Below are positions 52,678 to 64,000 of a DNA stretch of 64,000 nt, one piece after another. This stretch comes from Gnetum montanum. Taxonomy: Eukaryota > Plantae > Gnetophyta. Under the pieces are notes generated by a model that saw only the letters and a list, made by a program, of their open reading frames with translations, had not been told where the DNA came from and ran no database searches. Where the stretch lies: the NCBI GenBank assembly GCA_015680685.1, contig MNCI01001925.1, positions 213,356 to 277,355 of the forward strand, written 5' to 3'. Position 1 is the first letter of the stretch. Each line of letters starts with the position of its first letter. Both the position numbers and the translations under genes were made by a program.

Positions 52678-55600
52678 CTAGATGTAGTACTGCTTTAGGT
52701 ATATATGGTTCATGGGATTTGATAACTCATTGCCATTGATGTCTGCTAGCTTGGATGCACCGTTGCCATACACATCGGCTACTAAGAAAGGGCCCTCCTA
52801 GTTTGTAGAGAATTTACCTACTAGTTCACAAACGACCTTGAGAACCAAATCTCCTTTCTCGATCGGACGTTGTTGAAGATTATGACAGTGCTTTTGCCTC
52901 TGCTTATCTTGATACTTTTCGATGGTATGAAGTGTCTGTAGTCGCTTCTCCTCTACTGAGTCCAAATCCATGATTCGAGACTCGGTGTGTTGAGTGTCGT
53001 TTATAATCATGGAGAGGACCATCCGTAGAGAAGGAACTTGTAAAGCAAGGGGCTGCACTACCTCAGATCCATAGACTAGGCTATAGGGTGTACTGTCTGT
53101 AGCTGTTCTTCATGTGGTACGATACGCCCATAGCACATAGAGGATCTTTTCATGCCATCGTCTTTTGTTACTGCTGAGCATTTTCTTGAGAAAATTGATA
53201 ATGACCCTATTCGTTGCTTCAGCGTGACCATTTGCTTGTGGGTAATAAGGTTAGGAAAAAGATTGTTTGATACCAAGGCTATCACAAAAATATTTGGTTT
53301 CCACACTACTAAATTGTGGCCCATTGTCGGTCACGATAGTCATTGGGAGGCCAAATCTAGTTACAATGTTGTCCAAAATGAAATGGTAGACCTGTTGAGA
53401 TGTGATCTTTCACAAAGGGATGGCTTCAACCCAGTTTGTGAAATATTTGGTAGTGGTGATCATGATGCTGTTCCCTGGAGAGGATTTTGATGCGATAGGC
53501 CCTATAATGTTTAACCCCCATCGTTGGAAAGGCCATGTAATCTGTGTCATGTGTAGTTCTGTAAGTGACACATGTATAAGGTTCGTGTAACGCTGACACG
53601 TGTCGCACATTTTAACCTTTGTAAGATAGTTTTTTTCATATATGGCCAATAATACCCTAAGCGATAGATTTTTGCGACCATGGCCCATGGGGCTACGTGC
53701 CCTCCACATAGTCCCTCATGAACTTTGTCGACTATACGTTGTGCTTGGTCTTTGTTAACGCAAGTAAGTAATACTCCATCGAAAGAGTGTCTACAAAAGG
53801 TATTGTCTCCTATGATGACGTATTGCCTAGCTTGCTTGCGGATTGCATCTTTTTGTACATGTGTTAGCTCATGTGGTGGTTCGCCATGCAGAAGGTATGT
53901 TTTAATGTTATCATACCATTCTAGCATTTCATCCACGAGTAGTGAAAATATTTACATCATCTGAATGACAGGATCTACACACTTTGTCATTAAGGTAGGA
54001 CAAGTGTCAAATAGGTGCGGCGGAAAATTCAATGGTAATGTAGCCAATGCATCGACTAGTGTGTTGTCATTTTGAGGCACATGTTGGGCATTGGTTGCTA
54101 TGAACTGCTTCAGAAGATCTTTAGCCATATCATAGTAGGGATATAAATGTATAGCCTTGCAGGCGTACACTCCTGTGATTTGATTTATCACGAGCATCGA
54201 ATCACCCCTAATCGCCAGGTATTGAACGTTAAGCTCTCTGGCTATTAATAATCCCCTGAGGAGCCCCTTGTACTCTGCCACGTTGTTCATACAGGGGAAA
54301 GTCAAGTGGTAGGTGTATAGACATACATCCTCAGGTGACAGTGTAATGACCATGGTGGCACTGCTGCCTCTAGCGGTTAAAGCTCCATCAAGATGTAACG
54401 TAGCTTCGAGGCTTGTTAGAATAGGGCTTTGACTATGCAGATGTTTGTCAAGAAATTCAAGCTCTATCGTCACCTGACTATCAATAGGTGATGTCATTAG
54501 TTGGTTGGATATCACTTGGCCTTTTGTAGAAGATTGGTCAATGTAATGAAGATCGAATTCTGTCGTGATAGCTTTCCAATGAGCTATCCTACTACTTTCA
54601 TATAGGTTGTGCGTAATAGCTCTCAGGATGTTATTCTTGCAGATTATATTGACTTTGCTATGGAAGAGATAGTGTCTACACTTTTTGAGTGCAAACACTA
54701 ATGCTAAACAATTATGTTCTACTTCATTACACCTCATTTCATATGCACATAGAGCATGACTCAAGTAGTAGATGGGTACTTCTGACCCATCACCTCTCTT
54801 TTGACAGAGTAATATAGCTAGGGATACATCTAAGGTTGCGAGGTAAATGTAGAATGGTTTATCCCTTTGTGGTAGGAATACCATTGGCAAGCATTGAAGT
54901 TCTTATTTCAAGCTGTCAAACACATGCTGACAATCGTCTGTCCACTCGAAATTAACCCCCTTCTTAAGAAGATGCTGCATAGGGTGTAATTTATCTGTTA
55001 ATTTCGAGATGAACCGCCTAATAAACTATAGCCACCCTTGCAACCCGCGTAATTGCTTGAGACTTGTAGGGGGTGTCAACTCAATGATGGCCTTGACCTT
55101 GTTAGGGTCTACTCGTATGCTAGTTTTCGACACCACAAACCCCAACATGCATCCAGTTTTGACTCTGAGTACACACTTCTTTGGGTTAAGCCAGAGGTCG
55201 TATTTAGAGCATCTTTTAAGGACTAACTTTAGGTCCTATGAATGATCTTCTGACCTTACAGACTTAACAGCTATATTGTCAACATAATCATTCAGTCTTC
55301 CTAGGAGATAATCACTAAAGATGTATGTCATAGCTTGTTGATACATAGCTTTGGCATTTTTTAAACCAAAAGACATCATAGTGTAACAAAAGGTCCCCTA
55401 GGGTGTCATGAATGTTGTGGTCAGCTAGTGTTTTGGGTTGATGTGAATCTGATTATAGCCTGAAAAACCATCCATGAAGGATAAAAGCGCATGTGTAGCG
55501 GTTGTATCTACTAGTTGATCGATACTCGGTAGTGGGAAGTTGTCCTTGATTGTGGCTTTGTTAAAGTCCTGGAAGTCTATGCAGATGCGTATCCCTCTGG

Positions 55601-56156
55601 TCTTCTTAGAGACAACTACAATGTTAGATACCCAGTCTGAGTAATCGACCGCGTAGATGAAACCAATCTGGTACAGTTTAGTGATCTCATCATGTACTGC
55701 TAGCAAGATTTCTGGCTTAATTTTCTATGCTTTTTGTCTAATCGCTTTAATATGAAGGTCTAGAATTATGTGATGTTGTATTAGCCTTGGATCTAGTCCT
55801 GGCATATCTTCATATGACCATGCGAATACTGTGACGTTATTCTGGAGTACATGTTTTATATTGTCATATGCATTTTGGTCTAGTAAAGAACTAACCTTAA
55901 GAGTGTTGTCCTCACCTTTATGCATAACCACAGGGACCTCGTTGAGGGGGTCTTCTGTTACATCTCCAGCCTCCAGGTCTAGTGTGCACGTTGATTGTTC
56001 TGGCTAGTCTAGAGACGTTTCCAATGTGGCTATGGTTGTGTCATTGAGGGAAAGGTTAGTTCCTACTAGTGTGAGATCAAATTGTTTAATGATTCTCCCA
56101 TGTGGGCCTGTTAAGGCTAGGGGTGCAGATAAAGTTGCGTCCATTTGCCAACTGTC
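52678..56156 (-). pseudogene. pol: Element C pol (RT-RH-archaeal-type RNase H-INT)
   Basis: WVSNIVVVSKK, ICIDFQDFNKA, MDGFSGYNQI. 312-aa ORF with RH plus aRH (LDGA...NNVAEY...GDSMLVINQ...VDALA). Integrase HEGLCGGH..CDTCQ and a GPF C-terminus. No chromodomain. Confidence 0.96.
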
Positions 56157-56616
56157 CTGCAAAATTGCCAAATATGAAAGTGATTACAAAAATGCTAAGT
56201 TAAATGCCACAAGTATTAGCGTATGATGCTTGGTGTAGTTTGAAAAGGTATGATATGACATTGCCGAGTGTGAAGAGCTAACTGAATTTTCAATACTATG
56301 AACAACCTATAATTAATGTGACTCGATTACGAAGTGATAATGTGTAGTAGTTTAAGGTCGTTTCGGATTGTAATGTATGTGATATCTACCACATTAATGC
56401 CCTGATCTTTGGGTTCCATCTCATGCTGACACCAGCGCTTAGATAAGTCCCGCTTTAATTGGGCATCAAGTCGGTTAGTCTTGCATATTATAAGTAAGCG
56501 GTTCATATCGAAAATAGGCTGTTGACTATTGCAAATTTGAATTCAGCTATAGCACAGAGAGAGGAAGAGCAAAAGATAGTAGTGCGTTATTTGTGAAGGT
56601 TTACAGAATTGTAACT

Positions 56617-59600
56617 ATGGCGCCAAAGGTGAGAGAAAAGAATGCCAAATTGGTGAAAATCAATGAAGTGCAGGGGAGTCTGTAGCATGCTTCACAGGCC
56701 TTGGTTGAAGTATGAGATGTTACTCCCCTAAATTGGTAGGCCATCTCTCACTTATTCGCATTGCTTTCGGTGATATATTTTTTCTTTTGTTTATTCTTTT
56801 GAGTTATCTGAATAAACTAGAGTTTTAGGATATAGACCTTGTATTAAAACAAGGGTTTAGATAGCGGTATTGCGTCTATCACCATTGTCTGAGACAAATC
56901 TTGCACTGTTGCAAGGGTTTAAGAAATTTTGGCTACGTGGCTAAAGTGTAATTTGTAGTTTTCCTAAGCATGCAATGAAATCTAGATTTAGACTTTTGTC
57001 TGATGGTAACGTGTTTATGTTCTGTACAGCATAATGGTAAAATATATCCTAATTTTTTTGGACATTGTCGGGGTTTTGTGTTGTATAAACCCTCCTACAG
57101 CCAATGTTCCTCCCCCTCAAACTTGCCTACAGGGGAAAGCAATATGGTTCCGGAAGGGTGCACAGGAGTTCTTGTAGTTTTTTTTGCATAACTACAGCAT
57201 CATTGTTTGGTCGCATTTGCCAGGCGATGTGGCTATAGCCATTTTGGAAAATTTATTAGTTGGTTCTACACAGGGCGTTTTGGCTTTCCTGATAGATGGA
57301 GCTATTAACACTGGTCGACCTCAAGACCATGAACTTAGCGCCAAAGGATTGAGGCATTTAAGTTGGATCTGGGAGTTGCCCAGATTTAGTTGTTATCATG
57401 CCTATAACACTTTGTTCATAGCTCGTCATGTCTCAACCTACTTTCATAATCCACCGGGCACGGTGTATTACTCAGGCGGGTAAGTCGCTTTACTTGCGGT
57501 GATGTTAATATGTTTTCTAATGTTTGAACTGGTAGAGCATGGGATAGTAATGTGCTATATGATTCAGGTTCTTTATCAATGAAAATGGGTTATTGGAAAA
57601 TAATGCTAAATGATCCCTGACCGAAAGGACGATAAATGAGTTTACGTCCACTAGCAACATACGCGCCGGTGTCATGGGGCAAATGGCCTTCGAGATTCCT
57701 GAGTATCCCACCTGTTACTCTGATTCTTTCAAGAATTGTTAGAGCCTTAGATGGTTCCATGAGGAATGGACTTTGAACCCACCCCTCACCCTCACGGATG
57801 TGCAAAGGAAGCTTCCTTCATTTCCTTTGCCATTCGGACCTGGTAAGGTTTCATCGTTACAATTAGTTACAGGATATTATTGTTTGAAATGTTGTATAAC
57901 ATTGTCTTTGCTATCTTGACTTGTGTTATCAGTTAGGGAATCTTAGGAAGTTACCATTATGATTTTCGGCTGCAAGGCGAACACCCTCCTCTTCCATTAC
58001 AGCGACATAAAGGAAGCATAACGCTGGCTCAGCCATGCGGTGGCCCTAGCTACGTTGGTTACTAAGCTACGGGAGGAGAGGCTGATGCATTTGTTCCTGG
58101 CTATAACCCCAAATGTCCCTGCAAGTAAAATGCTAATCCTAGTTAACTCCTTCAGTGAGGGGGTTGAACATTTTTGCATGCGCGTGCGTAACGTGCATGT
58201 AAATTTTGACATTGATGCTCAGCTATTTACTAACCTTTACAGTGTCCCCTCCGATGGTCTTCCCATAGAAGAAAAGTCAAGGAGAAGCCTCAAATGTCAG
58301 GAAGAGCTGGAGGAGTGGCTGGGGACTAAGAAGGACACGAAGGGGATTCCTTATGAAAAGATCGTGTTGGAGGTTGCCAAGACCATTTATCCCCTCTTCT
58401 GAGCCCGGGCCTTCCGCAGAACGCTCTCACAGTGGAAGTTCTTCACCATAGAACAGGCCCATATCATGCGAGAGGTGATAGAGGAAGGGACCCAATTCGA
58501 CTGGGCGAGCTATTTTGCTGAAGGGTTACACATTGAAATGATTAGGCTCCGCCAAAAGCTCGAGTCCCGTTTCAGTGTGCACTTCACCTTTTTCATAGCT
58601 TGCCTCTAGCGTTTTGCCAAATTTCTGGTGGTCTAGAGGAATGGGGTCTGGGTGCAATAGGACCGAGACTAGTTATCCAAACCCTGGATCTCCCACCTCT
58701 TCGGCACTACCTGGTCATAGGATCCTTCGGAGGGAATTGGGGAGTCATTTTCTATAATAACTAGGAATGTGAAGACACCTTGAACATGCGGCTCTGATAG
58801 CGTAGGTGGGGCACTTCCCTCTTACATCGGTGATGCATCATAGGGGAAGCACCTGGTGGCAGAAATAGTGGATGCTTTGGTTCAATGTAAAAGGCCTTGT
58901 CTAACCAAGGCGCCTGTGGAGCCAGTAGGTGGTGCAGGTAGAACTGTACAAGTCAGGTTTCAGTGGAGTAAACTTCCACTGGTAAGCGAGAGGATACAGT
59001 AAAAGTTATGGTAATTGTTGTATTACACAACTTATTCAAGGTGTTTTGAATTATTTAAGTGTATTATATGGCAGGAACACGGAGACCTATAGAGTAGTTG
59101 ACCCCTGAGATAGGGGCTATGGTGTTATGGCATGGGGAAGGGGCCCTAGTTTTGGAAGAGGAGGCCTCAATTATTAGAGTGAGTGACGCACAGACCCTTG
59201 TGTGCGACGAGAGAGTGGAGGCAGAGAACGTTGATGCACTTCCCACTGGGACAAAAAAAGGTAATCAATCTATTAAAATTTTTAAGAGATTCTATTATTA
59301 GCCAAAATTTTTTACTTAATTATACCACAGATGAACGAGGTGATTCCCCGTCCATCATTGTAAGCATAGTGTGGGGCAGATTCCTCGATAAATTCGCCTT
59401 TATGGAAGGTGTCATCAGTGATATGATCGAGCACTTAGAACACTTTGATCCTGGGGCTGGTATGTTGTGACTATCGTATGCTTATTTTGTTATAAGGTTA
59501 TAGTGCTTAATTACGTTTCATCTAATATTTGTCATTAGGAGCTCGCCTTTGATGGGACTCTATGGAGCCCATTGACCTGGACACCATCGAACCCTCATCG

Positions 59601-60668
59601 AAAGCAACAGTCGTGCCACACAACATTTACGAAGAAATTTGTAAATGTGTGTTACGTTCAATCTGCTCCCTGTGGGAAAGTCAGAATGCCAATGAAGACC
59701 TTTGGAAGAAGCTACAAAGATCAAAGAAGGAAAGGATGTCTTTGACCAGAGAGGTCGGAGACTTAAGGTCATGATGTAAATTCCTGCAAGCTCGAGGAAC
59801 AGGTGAAGAGGATTGGCGGACAGCTGTCATTAAATACGCTCGCTACTGGACCGTAGTCAAAAATAACGTACAAACTAGTCATGAATTAGTCGAGTAAAGG
59901 ATGCAAATGGAGCTCCTGGCCCAGAAGAATTAAGACTGGAAGGACTTTTGTGCAAGTGTCCAAGAGTGGGGATAGACGCAGAAAGATCATAAGCATCTGT
60001 ATAAGGGAGAAAGTATCACTTATCGTCAGGATTATCGAGATTCTACCGTTGAAGCTCAATCCTTGCGATTTTTCCTTGATGTTATTGGTGCGTATGAGGC
60101 CTTCGAGAAGTTCCAGGAGTAGGTGACGGTGATTGCGTCCCTGGAAAGAGAAATTACTCTTCTCGGGGGAGAGACCATAGTCCCTACCTTCTTCCCTGAA
60201 CCACCCCAGTGGACTAGTGTGGAGAAGGGGAAGGTTAATGCTAGAACTACTTTGGGGAATGGGGTTTGGTCTGAGTTGACCAAAGATGAGATTATGCAAT
60301 GTCTATGGATTGGCTTAGATCAACTCCCCTTTGCTACTGATGCAGGGCCATCGTGAGTAAGTTTTAGTGTTGTTGCATTTGAATTTTCTGAATTATCCTA
60401 TCCTGGCTTTTGCTGATATACTTGTTGTATGTAGTTACAAGAAACGAACGAAGAAGGTGAACAAGATGAGGCATACGTTCAGGGAGGAGAGCGTAATGAT
60501 GCAGATCGTCACCTTGGGGAGCAAGTTTTAGTGGAAGAACCCTGTGAAGTTGATGTTCCTCATGAGGGAATACTTCCTAAAAGGGATGGCCCGTATGAAG
60601 ACAATTTGCTATGCTTGGAAGCAGAGTTAAGGGATACGGGAGACAGTGGTGCTAGAGGGGATGCATAA
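56617..60668 (+). pseudogene. Multi-exon antisense accessory gene in the PR-RT spacer of element C; unknown protein with a predicted coiled-coil and an acidic tail
   Basis: Candidate start MAPKVREK at 56617. GT-AG introns 57843-57932, 59261-59330, 59460-59538 and 60357-60434 each join the flanking frames in phase. A further acceptor at 59074 (donor ambiguous). Last exon is 78 codons and open. Confidence 0.8.
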
Positions 60669-60844
60669 TTATGATTACGCATGATTTTATTTATGAGATG
60701 GAACAAAGACAATATGAATTTTGACACGATTAATCATGAAATTTTCTCTATGGTTTTTAATTTTATGTTTTTATTTATACAAAGCATAAATAGAATTATT
60801 GAGGGTTTTGGGTAGGTGGCGTTATTGTGACCGTTGAATGGAGT

Positions 60845-61046
60845 TGCTAGTTTAAGGCCATTGCAGGCCATTACATAGTGTTTGCATAAAATAAAGATGA
60901 ATTTGATAATTTGAGGCCGTCCTGGGCCATTAAGTGGTTTTTGTATAAAGATAGAAATTAGATATTTTAGTTTAGGGCCATTTCAGGCCTTCGCTAGTTT
61001 TAGGCCATTGTGGGCCTTTACTAGTTTTAGGCCGTTGCGAGCCATT
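60845..61046 (-). repeat. Motif cluster (GCTAGTTTTAGGCCATT) between the antisense gene end and the PR stop
   Basis: About 5 units. An equivalent cluster lies in B at ~42640-42870. Confidence 0.8.
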
Positions 61047-61274
61047 TGCGTATGTCGGAGAGTGCAATTGATAAAAGTGTAAATATTTGTGTAATTGTAT
61101 TAATGTAACTAATAGGAGTTAAGAAGCATAAATGGTGTAAACTAGGAAACGTAAATCGGGTAATTGATAGAAGACATAAATATATGTATACTAAACAAAA
61201 CTGACAGTCAAAACTAATAAGCATAAATGGAAAAACTAGTGAAAGTGTAAAGATGCACGTAAATATCACGCAAG

Positions 61275-63685
61275 TCAATTGCTAGCCCGTAATTGTCTTT
61301 TGATAGCTTTTATGTTGAGTGGTGTGTAAGGGTGAGGAGATCTATGTCCTGACTCCTTCACATCATCTTCCTCTCCCTGAAATGGTAGGTCAGCCCAAGT
61401 TAGGCTATCATTAGTCATTTCGACTTGTTCAGTAATTTGGACATGGGTTTGATCTTCAGGAATTTTGATCTCTGAACCCCATTCTTCCTCGATGTTATTG
61501 ATGGTTCTAGGAGTTATTTCATCACCATGTATCACTACCTCTCCCCCTGCATAAGGTAGGTGTATCTCTTGGTGTATCGGTGATGAAACTGCCCTCAGTT
61601 GGGCTAGCCAGGACCTCCCTAGAATCAAGTTGAAGCCGGGCATCTCCTCGATGATGATAAATGTGGCGTCTATTGGGAACTGGTCTCCTGACACAAAATT
61701 GATATGTACTGTCCCTTTGACTTGAACTGATGCCCCATTGAACGACTTTAGGCATGATGTGATCGTAGGACTGATCTGGTTGCCCAGGCCCAACTTATCC
61801 ACTATAGGATAAGTGATGACATTTGTAGCCGCACCATCATCAATGTGCACCCTCCGGATCCGATGGTGACCAACCCGGATGGTGATGAACATGGGTTCTG
61901 TTGTCACTCAACTTTTCTCAGGATCATCTTTGATGAATTCATCATGAAAGGTCAATGGGGTAGGTTTAGGTCACTCAGCAGTGGGGGGAAACATGACAAT
62001 ATGTATCGCTTCCTCTTTCACTGGTAAGCTTTCATCCACAGGTATGGATGTCAGCATATGGACCATAGCCTCATGGTGCTTTTGAGACATCATAAGCAAG
62101 TTATAGAGGCTCAATGTTGTGTTCTTCTATTTTAGAGCCTGCTTGACTTGCGTAAATGCATTGAGGAGGTCTTGCTCTCAGTTGGGTTGCTTGTCCCCTC
62201 TTTCTTCTTCCATTTTCCCTAAGAGACAAATTTCCTGAGGAGGAATAGCATCGATCGGAGGGTTGTATTTCTTTCTGCTGAGGGGAGGTGGTTGTGTTTT
62301 TGTACCTTTGTCTTGCCCAGGAGGTGCAGGCGAAGGTACAAAAGCTAGGGGCCTAGGCTTAGCAAACCCTAGCGTAGAGCGGTCTTTGGTTGCATTAATT
62401 GGCACATCTCCTTCTATTTTTTCGTTGGATGGAGGTTGACGATTTTGGTTAGAGACTCATCGTTGCATAAAAGGGGTAGCTGGTGGTTTTTGTGCCCTAA
62501 GGATAAAAGGTGCCCTAGGAGTAGGTGTGGGCATGGTCGCAGCTTTATGTTAATGTGAGACTGAGTTATAGTTTGAGAGGACGTCCAAATAACAAAGGGT
62601 GGCCTCGAGGTGCTGCCAACTGCTGGTGAAGAACTCGTCCCCTAGGGTGAATTGATGAATACACATAATACAAAGGGTTGCTTAGGTGGTACCTTCCCCT
62701 CACTGTCCATACTTACTATCTTGATGGTGTATGTTACGTTATTTTCGTTTAACGGGTCTTTATACACATGCATCGCCTGGTTTTTGGGACGTGTTGGACT
62801 ACTATTGTCTAATGTCAAAGAACCATTGTCAATCATGCATTGAATATCATCCTTCAACACCCAGGAGTAATCGGTGTCATGACCACACAATTAGTGGTAG
62901 TCACAAAAATGGTCTAGCTTGAAAGACTTACGGACTGACGGTTCATTGGGTAGAGCTAAAGAAGGGTTCTTCAGCAATTCACAATGACGCCTGTGACGCT
63001 TCAGAGCTTCTTCGGATATTTTTTTATTTTGAATATATCATGCTCCTAATAATTTTTCTAGCAGTTCTGAATGCTTTATAGGTAGGGCTGTATATTTTGA
63101 ATGATCTTTACGCTCGAAGTTTGGTTTTGACTATGAGGGCTATTCAGGGGCAAGTGCTTCTTGGCCAGTGCTGCTTGCACTAGCCGTGGTCTTGGCAGGT
63201 GCTGTGGGTGCCTTCTTGTTATTCTTCTTTTTGGCACCCTTGGCCAGCGTAGTTAGTGTTGTCATTGTTATTTTACCTTTGCCTTTACCCTTACTATTGG
63301 TGTTCTTATAGGCCACATACGCTGGGTCTTTGCTAGCCTCCGCAACATCTTGGATGCTCTTAGTTTGCATGAAGGCTTGACTCAGGGAGCGAGGGGCATG
63401 GTAGTATAGTTTAGACTTGATGAAGTCATTAACTGCTCCTTTGAAAATAGCCAATAGATGGGCTTCCATGATAGGCTTATGGATTTCATTCAGAGTAGCA
63501 CTCCATCGCTGTATAAACTTCTGGGTTGGCCCGAGTGGGTCTTGTTTTACTCCCATAAGTTGATCTAATGTGACTTGAGGCTTTAAATTGTATTTAAAGC
63601 GAGTCACAAATTGTGTTAGAAGCTGTTCCAAGGTCGAAATGGAAGAGCAAGGGAGTGCTCGATACCAGTCCAAGGTCTTACCTAC
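61275..63685 (-). pseudogene. gag: Element C gag-protease (5' end displaced by an insertion)
   Basis: LDWYRALPCSSISTLEQLLTQFVTRFKYN, CDYH*LCGHDTDYSWVLKDDIQ, protease RVHIDDGAATNVI...LILGRSWL. The ORF ends at a stop at 61275. Confidence 0.92.
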
Positions 63686-64000
63686 TATTGGCACATTTGG
63701 CCACTTCATGGAACAGTTGAAATATTTTAATGGAAAAAGAATCTATGGTTGTGAAGGCACATGAGCATTTCAGCTTTAATGTTGAAGGTTGGGTGTTGAG
63801 ATAAAGGTACCAAATTTGTCCCCTACAAAATTCGAAATTAGTATTATGGCAAGGAAGAAAGTATGTGATTTGTGAGAATTACGAGTTGCAAATTTCGGTT
63901 GTTCAAAATCCGGATATACCCTTACAAGACAAAATCAAAAATTAGCAAAACCAGCAATGCCTTCATTGTTTTAAAGTTACGGAAAAAGAGAAGGTAAGTC
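63686..64000 (+). mobile_element. Start of an LTR inserted into element C gag, related to solo LTR 28766-32013
   Basis: TATTGGCACATTTGGCCACTTCATG matches the reverse complement of 31989-32013. Gag homology stops at this point. Confidence 0.75.

Larger units (their letters stand above)
49314..63685 (-). mobile_element. Element C: best-preserved Tat-type copy; gag interrupted at 63686
   Basis: 3' LTR, PPT AAAGAGGGGCCAT (50945-50957), MGW ORF, motif array, pol, spacer with antisense gene, PR and gag. Longest residual ORFs and most CpGs of the four copies. Confidence 0.93.

Noticed and set aside
57480-57535. Additional intron in the antisense gene (GG|GTAAGT...TAG)
   Set aside because: Only 56 nt, no clear counterpart in B, and I could not verify the phase, so it was not counted.
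63686-63709. MKWPNVPI as the gag N-terminus
   Set aside because: Chimeric ORF: these codons come from the inserted LTR, and gag homology to B stops at ~63685.

Overview
Eukaryotic, almost certainly land-plant, heterochromatin-like DNA with strong C->T/G->A decay and two N gaps. I found no intact host gene. The window is a nest of decayed Ty3/gypsy LTR retrotransposons, three solo LTRs with target-site duplications (TSDs), a fragment of a Helitron-like PIF1 helicase and a 426-bp foldback. Four copies (labelled A-D) belong to a Tat-type lineage: RT-RH-archaeal RNase H-INT order, no chromodomain, and a tRNA-Asn primer-binding site in the one copy that keeps its 5' LTR. Comparing these divergent copies shows an unusual shared layout: LTR - gag/PR - a 5-6 kb spacer holding a multi-exon ANTISENSE gene with conserved GT-AG introns - splice acceptor + RT/RH/aRH/INT - an array of a ~24-nt motif with variable spacers - a spliced sense accessory ORF starting MGW - PPT - LTR. 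The same motif also marks both ends of the spacer. This accessory-gene plus motif-array system is the best candidate for something undescribed. All alignments, translations and counts were done by eye and need computational confirmation.
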